Below, one piece after another: positions 30,752 to 43,338 of a stretch of DNA of 64,000 nt. Position numbers and translations under genes: made by a program. The stretch lies in assembly GCF_009914755.1 (NCBI RefSeq), contig NC_060929.1; one strand, given 5' to 3'. Each line of letters opens with the position of its first letter. The stretch's first letter is position 1. Origin of the DNA: the human T2T-CHM13v2.0 reference genome, Homo sapiens. The notes below the pieces were generated by a model. That model ran no database searches and was not told the origin of the DNA. It saw only the letters and a program-made list of their open reading frames with translations.

Positions 30752-31066
30752 GGCCAGGTGCGGTGGCTCACACCTGTAACTCCAGCACTTTGAGAGGCCA
30801 AGGCGGGTGGATCACCTGAGGTCAGGAGTTCAGGACTAGCCTGACCAACATGGTGAAATCCCATCTCTACTAAAAATACAAAAATTAGCCAGGTGTGGTG
30901 GCGGGTGCCTGTAATCCCAGCTCCTCAGGAGGCTGAAGCATGAGAATCTCTTGAATCTGAGAGATGGAGGTTGCAGTGAGCCAAGATCACACCACCACAC
31001 TCCAGCCCAGATGATAATGAGACTCTGTCTTAAAAAACAAAACAAAACAAAAAACAAACAAAAAAA
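30752..31066 (+). mobile_element. AluS (Sx-like)
   Basis: GGATCACCTGAGGTCAGGAGTTC; (AAAAC)n tail; CACAGTTT on both flanks. Confidence 0.9.
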
Positions 31067-31239
31067 CCCCCACAGTTTGTTATTGTCTCTAGTACTACTC
31101 TACTAAAGGTAGTTGGACCCTGCTATATTTGACAGTCAAAGCAAGTTTATGGTCCTCAAACAGAACTGTCTGTTTTAGTAAATTCCCCCATCCCCATCTG
31201 GGCCTCAGTAAACTGGCCTAGCAAGATTTGTTTGATTGT

Positions 31240-31617
31240 TATGTTTTTTTTTTAAGATGCAACTGACATCCTGTAAAGTACACAAATCTTAGATGCAGCT
31301 CAGTGAATTTTTACATGTGTTTTCTCTTGAGGAACCAGATCCAGTTATGGAAAATTCCCAGCACCTTAATAAGGTTTCCTCATGTCTCTTCTGGACCAGT
31401 TCCCCCCAGGTAATCACCCTCCTGTCTGGATGCAAGTACCAGAAGTTCGTAATTTCTCCACTGCTGTGTAGTATTCATTGTGTGAATATGCTACAGTTTA
31501 TTTGCCCACTCCAATGTTGATGGACATTTCTGTTGTTTACAGTTTGGGGCTATCACAAATAAAGCTGTCATGAATATTCTTGTGCATATCTTTCAGTGGA
31601 TATAAGCAGTCATTTCC
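31240..31617 (-). mobile_element. Ancient L1M 3'UTR fragment
   Basis: AAAGTACACAAATCTTAG...CAGCTCAGTGAATTTT...GTTGATGGACATTT...AAATAAAGCTG. Confidence 0.7.
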
Positions 31618-33177
31618 AACAATCAAAAAAGTCCATCATAAAGAAAGAAAATATGGAAATGCAAAGTTAATTTTACCTTTAAATATGATGTAAAAAATGA
31701 TAACACATTCCATCTGTGATAGAGTTTTATAAACACAAAAACATGAGAAGATGTTCCCAAAGGTCAACCCAAATCTGGTGGAAGACCTGAGAAATTCACA
31801 GTGAATTTCATGGCCACGATTTTATATCTGGGGCTATAGCCCTGATCAAGTGTTCTAGCTGACCCGCATCAGGTAGGACAGTGAGCACTGGCAGGAAGTG
31901 AAACAAACTCACCATGTCTCTGTCTACAAGGTGGGAGGGTATTTGGTAGAGGGCACAATTCAAAGGCATCCAAGGAAGACCCTGGTTGAAGAGAAAGGAG
32001 GAGGAGTTACTGGCAGCCGAAGGCTATGGAAATGTTGAAACAATCCATGTCAGTTTATTTTATGATCATTCCTCAGAGTTTCCATCTCACATTGGGTTTT
32101 TCTGGGGCAGATTAAGAAGGGGAATCAATTAATGTGAATCTCATGTTACCACAAACAGTTGGAGGTCTTAATTGGGCCAGGAGTGAGCAGGTGGTCCTTC
32201 CCCAGCCAGCTATCCTTTCACCTGTTAGTCAAATGAGGAGAGGGCCTCTATCGCTCATTAGCAACCATTTGTCACTTCGCACAGAGCTTTGAAAGGATTT
32301 CTTTGAACTTTGTTTGGGATTGATTTTCTGCATATGCTGAGCTGTTACTGACAAACTCTGGGCAACTGTTCCTCTGTAACAAATGCATTAAAAAAAAGGG
32401 TGAGTGGATTTTAATAGCCTCCAAATTGCATAGCCTAGAAGGGTGAGATTCTTTCCCCACCCCCAATTCACCTCGCAAACCCTTCACTTTCTGTCACTGC
32501 ATTATAATGAATAACAAGAACTTTATTTTTCTTAAGGGAACTGTCTTAAACTTTTGATTTTTTTAACTGCCTCTGGCTCCAGACTAAAATTGATTCATAA
32601 TGACGTTTAACTACAAATGGACTTTGTACCTTGACCTTGTCTCTTACTTTACAAGGAACATTCAGGTCTTTGCATTTTCAAGGGCTGGATTGGAGCACTG
32701 CCCAGATGGTCCTAGAAACCTTGTAGCCTCTTCTGACCTCTCTTCAGGGCAAGGGGCTATGACTAGCTTGCTCAATGCATTATGTATCTCCAGTATGCTC
32801 CACAGTGCCTAGCACAGAGATGATACTCAATAAATATCTCTTGAATTAATTAGTCAATTCAAAAAATAAGTATTATGTTTGCCTTATGGTTTAAGGATAA
32901 AGGCGTATGGTAACTTGCCATAGCCAGGGAGAATAGCTATTGTTCATTAGTTCCTCCAAAAAGTTATTGAGAGGAGCCAGTTTTATTTATGTGCTTATCT
33001 ATGTGTTTGTTTTACTGAGTATAAGTATAAAACTTATTTGTTGTGAAAATTTTAGAAAACATATAGTTTTACAAAGTTATAATATCCCCTCCCACAGAGC
33101 AGGGCCATATTTTAAAAAGGGGTGGTCCAACCAGAAGTAACTATCTTCACCCACATTTCTGTCAAAGATAGACATAG

Positions 33178-33966
<789 letters not shown>

Positions 33967-34849
33967 TAAAAAAACAAAAATTAAAATCACCTGTAATCTC
34001 ACCATACAGACATAACCATTTTACACTTTTTTGTGACTATATTATAAAATACAATTTTGCATCCTATTTTCTAACTTAGCATTTTGAGTATTTCGTCACT
34101 GAATTAAATGTTATCCAAACACATGACTTAAAAGGGTTGCCAATAGGCAATCTTATGGAGGCCACGTTGTTTTAAACAATTCCTTCTGTTGTTGGGTTGA
34201 TGTGAGATTTTGATATTTTTCTTCAATTCCATGCTAGAGGGAGGGCATTAACTCTAAGCAGTAGACTTTGCCAGAAGACAGAAATCAGTGTGATGAAAGG
34301 GGGGCACTTTCATTATGGACGTAGGTCTCAACATTTGCTATATGCATTTTCCTCTTGCTGGTTTGGCCTCCTGGGGGTCAGAAACTGAAGCTGTAATCAG
34401 TAGAAGCCAAGAGTGTGGGCTGCCAACTCCATTCACATTAGGAAGTTTCCAAATCTCCTGGGCTGTATCTTTCTTTAGGACCTGACAGATCCAGGCATAG
34501 TGCAAATTAAATAGGATGCACCAAGCCAGATCTTCCTATCGTTCACATTTCTGCACACAGGTCTGCAGCACCAAAGGGACTTTTACCACTGACCTCTAGT
34601 AAAAAAATAAAAACTCATGTGTGTTAATGGACCTGGAAACCCCTCAGCTGCTAGAATCAGGGTACAAGGAACTAGGGGCAGCAGTGGCGTTTTGCAGTCC
34701 CAGTTTTATGAGTTTGGTTCAGTCTACCAGATTTTTATACTCTGTTCCTTCAGAACTGTAGAATGCCTATAAACTCTAAAAATGGCACTGAACTTTGGGA
34801 ATTGATCCAACCTCTGGTCACTAAAGAGATAAAAAATAAAATAAAAAGA

Positions 34850-36345
34850 GGAGCTAGTCAGAAGACAAGCTTCATCTCAGCATTTGATGTTCTTTCTATG
34901 CGTAACTCTAGGACCATTTCTGCCTGAGCATATTTGTAGGGGAGATGAACAATTGTCTTGGGGGCATCTGCCATGTGCTGTGCATGTCCCACTGCCGGGT
35001 AAGCACTTGCTGGTTGACACAGCCTTTCAGTAGGTGGAATTTTGGGGAGCCAACATAGATCCATATAGAAGTCAAGCTCGTCTGTGAGAGGCCTTCGGTG
35101 TTGGTCATTGGCCAAGATCATGTTTCTAGATCACCAGTGAGCACTGGTAATGGTTTTTGGTGCATTTTCTTTTATTCTGGCTAATGTTATGCTATTTGGT
35201 TAGGGAAAGAAGGTAGTCATTTCCTTGGTTTGCTTCCAAAGGTGGCCATTCTGGCATGATGTGAAAATAAAAGATAAAGGTAAAAACTGTGACCAAAACT
35301 GGGATGGCAACAGTAATAAGTAGTCACATTGGTTTGTGTATGAGACAGGTGTGAATGCGACACTAGTGTCTAACGACTGTCTCTTTGAGGATGTGTTATA
35401 ATTTCTCGACACTAAACAAGGACAAACTCGAAGGTTGTGTTAATTGGGAGTGACAGCCTGTATCCAGCCTGTACTCATGTTTTGTTGAGGTTGACAAAAG
35501 TCGATTAAGCCAGGTACCTTGTACTGGGAATCAGGCATTGCTTTTGACACTGACCTATCCTTTTCTACTAATATCAGCTCTTTAATGAGGTCATGCTGGT
35601 ATCCATTTTTAATGTATAAAAATTCATAAATACCTGACCTTTTAGCTGCTGAGGAGGACTTCATAATCTTGTCATCGTCTGCATAGATCCCTGTTTTGCA
35701 TGTTTTCTTCATATCTCCTTTTACTTCTGTGCCTTTTTCTTTTGATTGAAATATTCAAAAATACCAAGATCCATCTTCCTGTTAGAATTGCATGCCATTC
35801 TATTGTTTCGAAAGTTGCTCTATTGAAAAGCTGCTGGGGAAGGCGGGGACTTATAGCTTTTCCATCTTTGTATGAGTAAACTTGTATTCTCTCTTTAGTG
35901 TGATGGCAACTTGGGAGCTCTATATAAACCATCGGGTCTTCTCTTTCCAGACTGCTCACCCAAGGAAGATCAACACAAAAGGCTTTGCAAAGGCTATTTT
36001 CAACACACTTCCAATGATTTTGTCTAATATGGTGTTTTGGCAGATCTTTCAACCTTTTGCATTGAAGCAAATGCTAGAAACAACCACCTCTGTTATATTA
36101 GATGCGAAGTATCTGTATCTAGTTTGCTAGGTATGATTCTAGCACATCCATGGTATTAGAAACAGTAGTTCCATTTCAAAATTCTTGTCATTATCTGGAC
36201 ATTTCTTCATTTCCTTCTTTGTATTCTTCTCTTTGGTCTTGTAATGTGATGTCACTATTGGAATTAAACCCTGAAAACCTGGATTCAGTTAAATATCACC
36301 GAAGAGTTAAAAAACTTAGATTTTCCCATCTGTACTTTGGTAAGG
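34850..36345 (-). pseudogene. Highly diverged non-LTR (L1-clade-like) ORF2 fragment: reverse transcriptase domain plus downstream region, YADD active site
   Basis: Collinear motifs, this locus vs L1 ORF2: DITL/SIIL; LAN*IQ/LANRIQ (36130-36113); HHIRQNH/HHIN..KNH; CKAF/EKAF (35986-35978); [23 protein letters not shown] (~35869-35822); [17 protein letters not shown]; IYADD/LFADD (YADD 35685-35674); KRSG..FLYIKN/KVSG..FLYTNN; RYL/KYL (35519-35511, alternate frame); NYNT..DTS/NYKP..DTN; LWKQ/IWNQ; SITLARIK/GITLPDFK; DQHRR/DQWNR; LPY/TPY. Confidence 0.72.
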
Positions 36346-37199
36346 ATATTTGAACACATAGCACCAGGCATTGGCAAAACTATAAGTTAAAAATGATCAG
36401 AAAAAATATGCTATCAGGAGATCAGATGAGAGAAGGAATTAAAGAGATGCAGTAGGTAGCTTCATAAGAAAACTTGGACAGAGAGGGAGGAAACTGGGGT
36501 AAAATTAATAATGGCTTAAAGTGCTGATTATTCTGAGACTATTTCTAAGTAATAAACAGGAAAGCCTTAAGGAACCAATGGATTGGCTCTGTAACAATAG
36601 AAGAGCAGACCAAATGATGGGTGGTGAGGATAATGTGGGGGCAGGGGTTCTAGCACAGAACCCTAAATCATTGAGTAAGCTGTCCATGCTAAGGAGCTTC
36701 TTTAAACTGAGAAGTTTTGATAGTCAATGCCCTTGGGCTCAAAGTCTTTGAAATAACTCAGAAAGAGTAATTAGAGCCTTGCTATAGCACAACCCCGGGG
36801 GGCCTATGCTTTGGGACCATTTTATAACTGAGGCTGCCCTGTCACAAAGTGCTTCAAGGAATTGTCAGAAACAAATCCTCCTTAGGCATGCTTTTTCCTT
36901 AGCTCATGGTTTTCATCTGGTGAAATCTGGGAACCTAAAAGGGTGAGGAACAAGGGGAGCTTTGAGCTATGGAATGTGCTGCTGGGTCTGATTGGAAGTG
37001 GGCTAGATCAGAACATGCACAGTGAAGGCTCCAAAACAGGCTCACAAGAAAGTGGAGGGAGACTTTGAGAGGTCTCACTACTAAGCTGTTGTTACTGGAC
37101 ATGTCTGATTCCAGGTCCCATTGGTAGAAACTTTGGAAGATAGATTATCATGGCACCTGGAAAGTCTGGCAGTGAGAAATGAGTGAACATTCCAGACAG

Positions 37200-37670
37200 A
37201 AAGGCAAACACCATCCTTAGCACATTCTGGAAACCTCCCTGGTCTGTCTCCTGCCTGCCTTTTCATCCCACCTCTCACTACCCCCACTTCATTCATTCTA
37301 GTTTAATCATAATGATTTTGGAACAGGCCAAGCTGGTTTCTGCCTTGGAATGTTCGGACTTACTGTATTAGATGTCCCACTTCCTGCATATGACTCTTTT
37401 TCCTCCTTCAGATTTCATCTTGAATTGCATCTCCTAAAACGGTGCTCCCCTAATAAACCTACCTAAATTACCTTATGTTAGTCAAGCAAAGTATCTGAAA
37501 TTATCTTATAAATTTGCCTGTATATTTTTTTCTTGCTTCTGGAACATAAATTCCTTGACAACAGGGAGTGTGCCTGTTCTGTTCAGCACAGCCTTCTTGC
37601 ATAGAACAGTGCCTGGCATATAGTAGCTGCTGAGTAAATATTTCTTGCATGGATAAATGAATAAGTAGAC
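37200..37670 (+). mobile_element. L2 3' fragment
   Basis: Ends AGAACAGTGCCTGGCATATAGTAG...TAAATATTTCTTG...ATAAATGAATAA. Confidence 0.7.
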
Positions 37671-38749
37671 AAATGGGAGAACCAAGATGGGAGCTGAGAG
37701 GTAGGTAAACAGATAGAAAGCTTTGGGGTATAAGGACTTGACCTAGTCAGAAAAGAATTGAGCAAGGAAACAGCTAATGGGACCAAGTAAAACATCTAGC
37801 CGAGCTTAGCAGCAAATGCTGACTTGAAGAAATGCTACTGACCTAGGTGTTCTTAAATTCTTTCTAATTAGAGGTCAGTTTGGACCTATAGGCTGGAGTA
37901 TGGCTGAGCCTGCAGTGGGATTAAGTCATTTTTAGAAACCAATGGGTTGACTTAGAAATCTAGGTGGATATTATAAACAAAATCTATAACCAGAATAGCA
38001 AACCTCTTGCAAGTATTACTGTTAGATAATAGAATCTTTACTGCTCATCCCAGTTTCAGCAATCACCAACCACTAGAATGCAGACTTCGTTAGGGCAGGA
38101 CTTTTGTCTTCTTCACTGTTTTATCCCCTGCATCTAGAACAGTGCTTTTATTTGTAAGTATGTGATAAATATTTGTTGAATTAAATATTTGATGATGGGC
38201 TCAAACAGATTTGACATATGAGATGTATCTCATTTGCCATCCCTGACCTAAAGCAAAAAGATAAGGAATTAAAATTGGGAATTGTTATCACAAAAAAGAA
38301 CAACGAATCTGATAGTCTTAAGAAGCATTTCCATGCTAAGGACTGGCAGCTGCCTTGCCATCACCCTAAAGTGCAAAGCCCGAGGCTGTTCTTTCAATTT
38401 GCTGTGCATTTGGAGCCACTCAGCTCAAGTCCAAGATGCATTACCCTTCTCCAGATTATACTACTTAGTAAAAAACACTATAGCATTATATGGGGTAATT
38501 GTCATATGCCGTAAGTACATCAACTCAATATATATTTACTCCCTGCTACATACCCATACTATCCTTCATCATGAGGTTGTAAGCCTGAATTTCTGCTTCC
38601 AAATAGGAAGCTTTCTCCAGCAGTCATTTCTCAAAAAGTGACTGTTCAAAGAGTAGTTTCTCCAGCGTCATTTTATTTATTAATATACTGTTTATCCATC
38701 TAAGGGACAAAGCTGGGATTGCACATGAGTTTCATATAAAAGGGCACGA

Positions 38750-39130
38750 GCTCTCTTTACTCATTCACTTATACTACCAGTGTTTATTGAGAACCTACTG
38801 TGTGTTACCACTGTGAACAAAGCTGAGTTCTTTCCGTGGAGATTACATTTTAATAAGGAAGATAGATAATTAATAAATCAAAATGCAAATGTATAGTCTC
38901 AGGAATGACAAATTTTTCCTTTCAGTAGAGCAGTGGAGGTTGAAACTTGTTTAGAATGGGTTTGAGAAAGAATATTAGGATCTACAGATGGAATTACAAG
39001 GCAATTTTAAAAAATAGCTTTTGTTTTAAAAGAAGCCAAGAAAATTGGTTGTAGGTGTAAGAGTATTGGGGTCAAGGGTTTGATTAAGATGAGAGCTCTT
39101 TTCAGAGATGATGAAAATGATCTACTGGAT
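38750..39130 (-). mobile_element. L2 fragment
   Basis: TGTTTATTGAGAACCTACTGTGTG...GTGAACAAA. Confidence 0.5.
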
Positions 39131-41626
39131 GGGAAAACGTTGCAAGAGAGAGGGGACAATTGCAGAAGCAGTGTGGTGGAGGAGGCACAAGGGGATGGGA
39201 TGGAGTACACACGTGTACCTCCCTCTGCAGGCACGTGGCTCTTCCTCTAAGGGAAGGGAAGACCCACCTGTTCAGGAAGTGGGGAGACGCGCTTACTCTA
39301 GTTCCCATCCATTTCCTCATGTCAGTCTGTTTTCAGCCACTGTGGGGGAGACCAAGACAGTTCAGTAGCTGGCTCATGACTGAGCCCTGGGATGTCGAAA
39401 GAAATTAGGCAAAATTTTTGCCCTCAAAGACATCCCAGTCTGGTAGACCCCTGAACAAATGTATCCCTTATTCTCACATTCACAAGAGGGTTCCCTTGGA
39501 GAATGACTTCATCATTTAATCAATTGGGTGGAATCATTTTGAATCCACATTTTAAACCTTTCTTTCTTTCGCACCATTCTGGAATATGTTGCCTTGAATT
39601 CACAAACTCCAATTAAGTATACTTGGCTAATAACTTCACCATGAAAATATCTCAAACTATTAAAGTATTGAATAAAATATTCTGCTTTTGACACTGTCTG
39701 CAAACCTCAGAGGATTTGAAAAACTTGAAGTATGCAGAGGGAAATCACACTAAATGCTCACATATATTTTATTAGAAACACTTTTTTAAAAACATGAAGA
39801 CAAGGAAAAAAAAAAGACCCAATTCAATTTTTGAGCCTGGCACTTCAACTTCTCTACACTTTATTCTAAACAGGAAAAATAAAATCAGCTTTGTTCCTCA
39901 GCATATGCTTTTGACATTTTTTTCCTTGAAGTCTGTGAATTATTAATAAACTAATTTCTCTTTATAGTTCAATCTTTGGAGATTTAAAGTGCTCACTCAA
40001 ATGCATGGGGAAGAGATAGAGCTTCAGTTCCAATCAGTTCCAATCCTCTCTGGAGATGCTGGCCTTGAGGTATCTCTGAGTCTTTGATAACAATCTTTGA
40101 TTTGACTTGGAATTTCTGATCATTTATAGAACTAGTTTGTTAATACCACTTAATGCCCTGTTTAAGTTGAGCCCTGTTTAAGTTTCTGCTAGCTGATTTT
40201 ATGCTCTCACTTCGCTTCTGAGATATTTTATGTGTGTGTTTATATAGCATATATATGTACCTATATCTCTCTATATAGTTATGCTTGATGGATTATTTCA
40301 TGGTGAGTTGTACCAGAAGGCAGGGCTTTTAATAACAGAGGATGTCCAGTAAATTAACAGCTCTTATAATAAACCATGTTGGATCTAAGTACCACCAAGA
40401 GTGCTTCCCCCCTGCTCAGTAGAGCTTAGAGGAAAGACTTGTCCCTATAGAGAAAAGAAGTTTGCAAAAAACCAGAGCTATCCAACAGAAAAACAGATGA
40501 GCTCTGGATTAAATTTCTTCCTCCACTCTGCTCCAATGGCTGTGTTAAAAGGTGGATCCCGGTGACCAATGGTCAGAGGTGAGGGAGAGGGAATTTCTCC
40601 ATCAGCTGGGAGTTTGGATAATTGAGCTGAAGTCACTTCCAACATTATAATTCTATTGCCTCCTGTAGCCTCAATACATGAGAATTTTACCATTTCTTTT
40701 TTTTTTTTTTTTTCGGTAGAGAGAGAAACTGAGACAGACTTTAATTGACTTGCCTGATATTCTGTAAGAGATTGAGCATGCTTTCCCACTTATTGTGTAG
40801 ATCTTAGGGGGATTCAGATTCTGGGTGAGGTCTTCTGCCTGTGATCTCTGGTCTATATATTGATCCAAAACTGAAAAAAACTTCCAGCAAACATAGGCTA
40901 AGCAGTATGCACTAGTTCCCTGCTCCTCTCTTCCTTGACATTCTCTGGAGGAAATGGCTTCAACACTGAACTGGCCCCTGCCTTTACTTTCCCTCTACCT
41001 CCTCCCTTAATGACCTGCTGCATTTCCAGAATATAATGATTGAGCGAGAGTCACCAGGCAGCCACGTTGAAAGGGCCGCTTAGCGGGAGCACTGCAGAAA
41101 TGAGATTCTCCACCTGAACAGACTCTTTCCCGGCATTGCCAGCCCATATAGACAGTGAACTTGCCTCTCTCCTGAGGAGGTCTGGATCAGAACCACAGAG
41201 GAAAGGGGTAGGGGAGAAGAAAAGCAGAGATAAAAGGAAAGCTTTTCCTTTTTTAAAAACATTTTAAAGCCAGTTCTATTCTTAGACTTTATTTACTTTT
41301 TTGTTTGGCTTCAGGGGTTAAAGGGCTCACAGTAATGGAAACTGGAGGCCACCAATTTATTGCACTTCCTCTGGACTTTCTGGGTGGATTTGTTTGGTGG
41401 TAAGCATGAGCTTCCTCAGCCTTTCTCACCCAGGACCTTAACCTTGATCCAGCTGTAGGAACTCCGCACTTGAGAACCTGGGAAAACCAGACAATCTCAG
41501 GCTCCAGGGGTTGTGCATATGAAAATGCACTGGCTTTTACCAACATCTCCCCCTTTCTTTAAGGACTGAGAAAGCATTAGAATGAAAGGACCTATTTGTC
41601 AAAGAAAAGTGTTTCATATTTTGTGA

Positions 41627-42115
<489 letters not shown>

Positions 42116-42198
42116 TATCCTTTGGATTTTATGGTTTTTTTTTTTTTTGAAGGAACAAGAGTATCTTAAAGATGTCATGGTACGTCTCTAATACGTAG

Positions 42199-42561
42199 TG
42201 TATCAGTCAGGGTTCTCCAGAGAAGTGGAACCAGAAATGGCTCTCACAATCGTGGGGACTGGCACATACGGAGGCTGCATGGCAGCCTGGCAAGCTGGAA
42301 ACTCAGGCAGGAGTTAGTGCTGCCGCTTGAGGCAGAATATTCTCTTCTCTGGGAGACCTTAGTTTTTGCTTCTTAAGGCCTCCAACTGATTGGATGTGGC
42401 CCACTTACCCCATCACTGGTACCTTCCCTTATTTAAAGCCAAATGGCTATAGATGTTAACTGCATGTACAAAATATCTTCACAGAAACACCTAGCTTAGT
42501 GCTTGATAGATAAGTGGGTACTGTAACCCAGCCAAGTTGACGCAGAAAATTAACTGTCACA
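42199..42561 (-). mobile_element. MLT2 (ERVL) solo LTR
   Basis: TGTATCAGTCAGGGTTCTCCAGAGAA ... CCAGCCAAGTTGAC...AAAATTAACTGTCACA with TG...CA ends. Confidence 0.82.
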
Positions 42562-42569
42562 TGCACCTC

Positions 42570-43338
42570 CCTCTCCTCCCATTTGTATGTCCTGGCACTC
42601 TCCAATTTATTCACCTGTCTATGTAACTCCAGTCACCACCCTAGTCTGAGTTGGCATCATCTCCCCTGGTCCAATGCAATTGTTTTCTAATGTTTCCCCC
42701 TGCCTATGCTTTTGCTTCTGATTACGCTGTTCCCCACTCTGCAGCCAGAATGATTTTTTTTTTCAAGATGTGGGCCTAGTCCTATACTTCCCTGGTTAAA
42801 ATCACTCAGTTGAATTTGCCTGGATCCAAGGTCAGTCATGACTACTTAACACTGCTTACAAGGTCCTGCTGGGTCCGTCCCTGCCCAGTTCTGCAGCTCC
42901 TTCTTGCTTTCTGCATTCCAGCCACACTAACCCTGAAAGTGTGTTCTTGCATTTTATCATGTTCCCTGCTGCCACAGGGTCTTTGCAAGGGCTATTTCTT
43001 CGGCCTGAAAGGTGGCTCCCTCCCCCTGTGCCTGGGTAACTCCTACCCTCCTTGCCATAATAGGTCAGATATACTCCCTTAGGGGAACCTTTCTCAACCA
43101 CCCTGACCAGAGCAAGTGCTCCAATGATGTATTTTCACAGCCCACACCTCTCCTTTGGATGACACATTGCACTGGACACTTTGCATTTATTTGTATAATT
43201 ATTTGCATATGTCTATGTTCCACACATGAAGATAGCAGTGATAACTTTCTGGTTCATCACCACATATCTAGTGTCTAGCATGGTGCTGATACATAGAGAG
43301 TACTCAATAGATAGTATCAACTGAATACACAAATGAAT
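42570..43338 (+). mobile_element. L2 3' region
   Basis: Pyrimidine-rich L2 body ending CTAGCATGGTGCTGATACATAGAG...CTCAATA. Confidence 0.65.

Noticed and set aside
35280-36090. Resemblance to BRCA1/BARD1 BRCT repeats (KHHI, ILTGRWIL, EVKGD)
   Set aside because: Spacing does not fit and the same residues are better explained as RT motifs.
35200-36300. Resemblance to viral glycoproteins: bornavirus G words PGLID and LQSLL, furin-like RSKRR, VSV G words LNPGF and QGTWLN, and a hydrophobic LLITVAIPVLVTVFTFIF stretch
   Set aside because: The matches are in inconsistent frames and order and give mutually incompatible alignments. The L1 RT interpretation is collinear over the whole 1.5 kb. A translated search should still confirm this.
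39210-39237. Two CACGTG E-boxes 16 bp apart
   Set aside because: Short motifs with no supporting context; plausible by chance.
40024-40184. Short direct repeats TCAGTTCCAA x2 and GCCCTGTTTAAGTT x2 as a possible repeat-spacer array
   Set aside because: Only two copies each with no spacers; ordinary slippage duplications.
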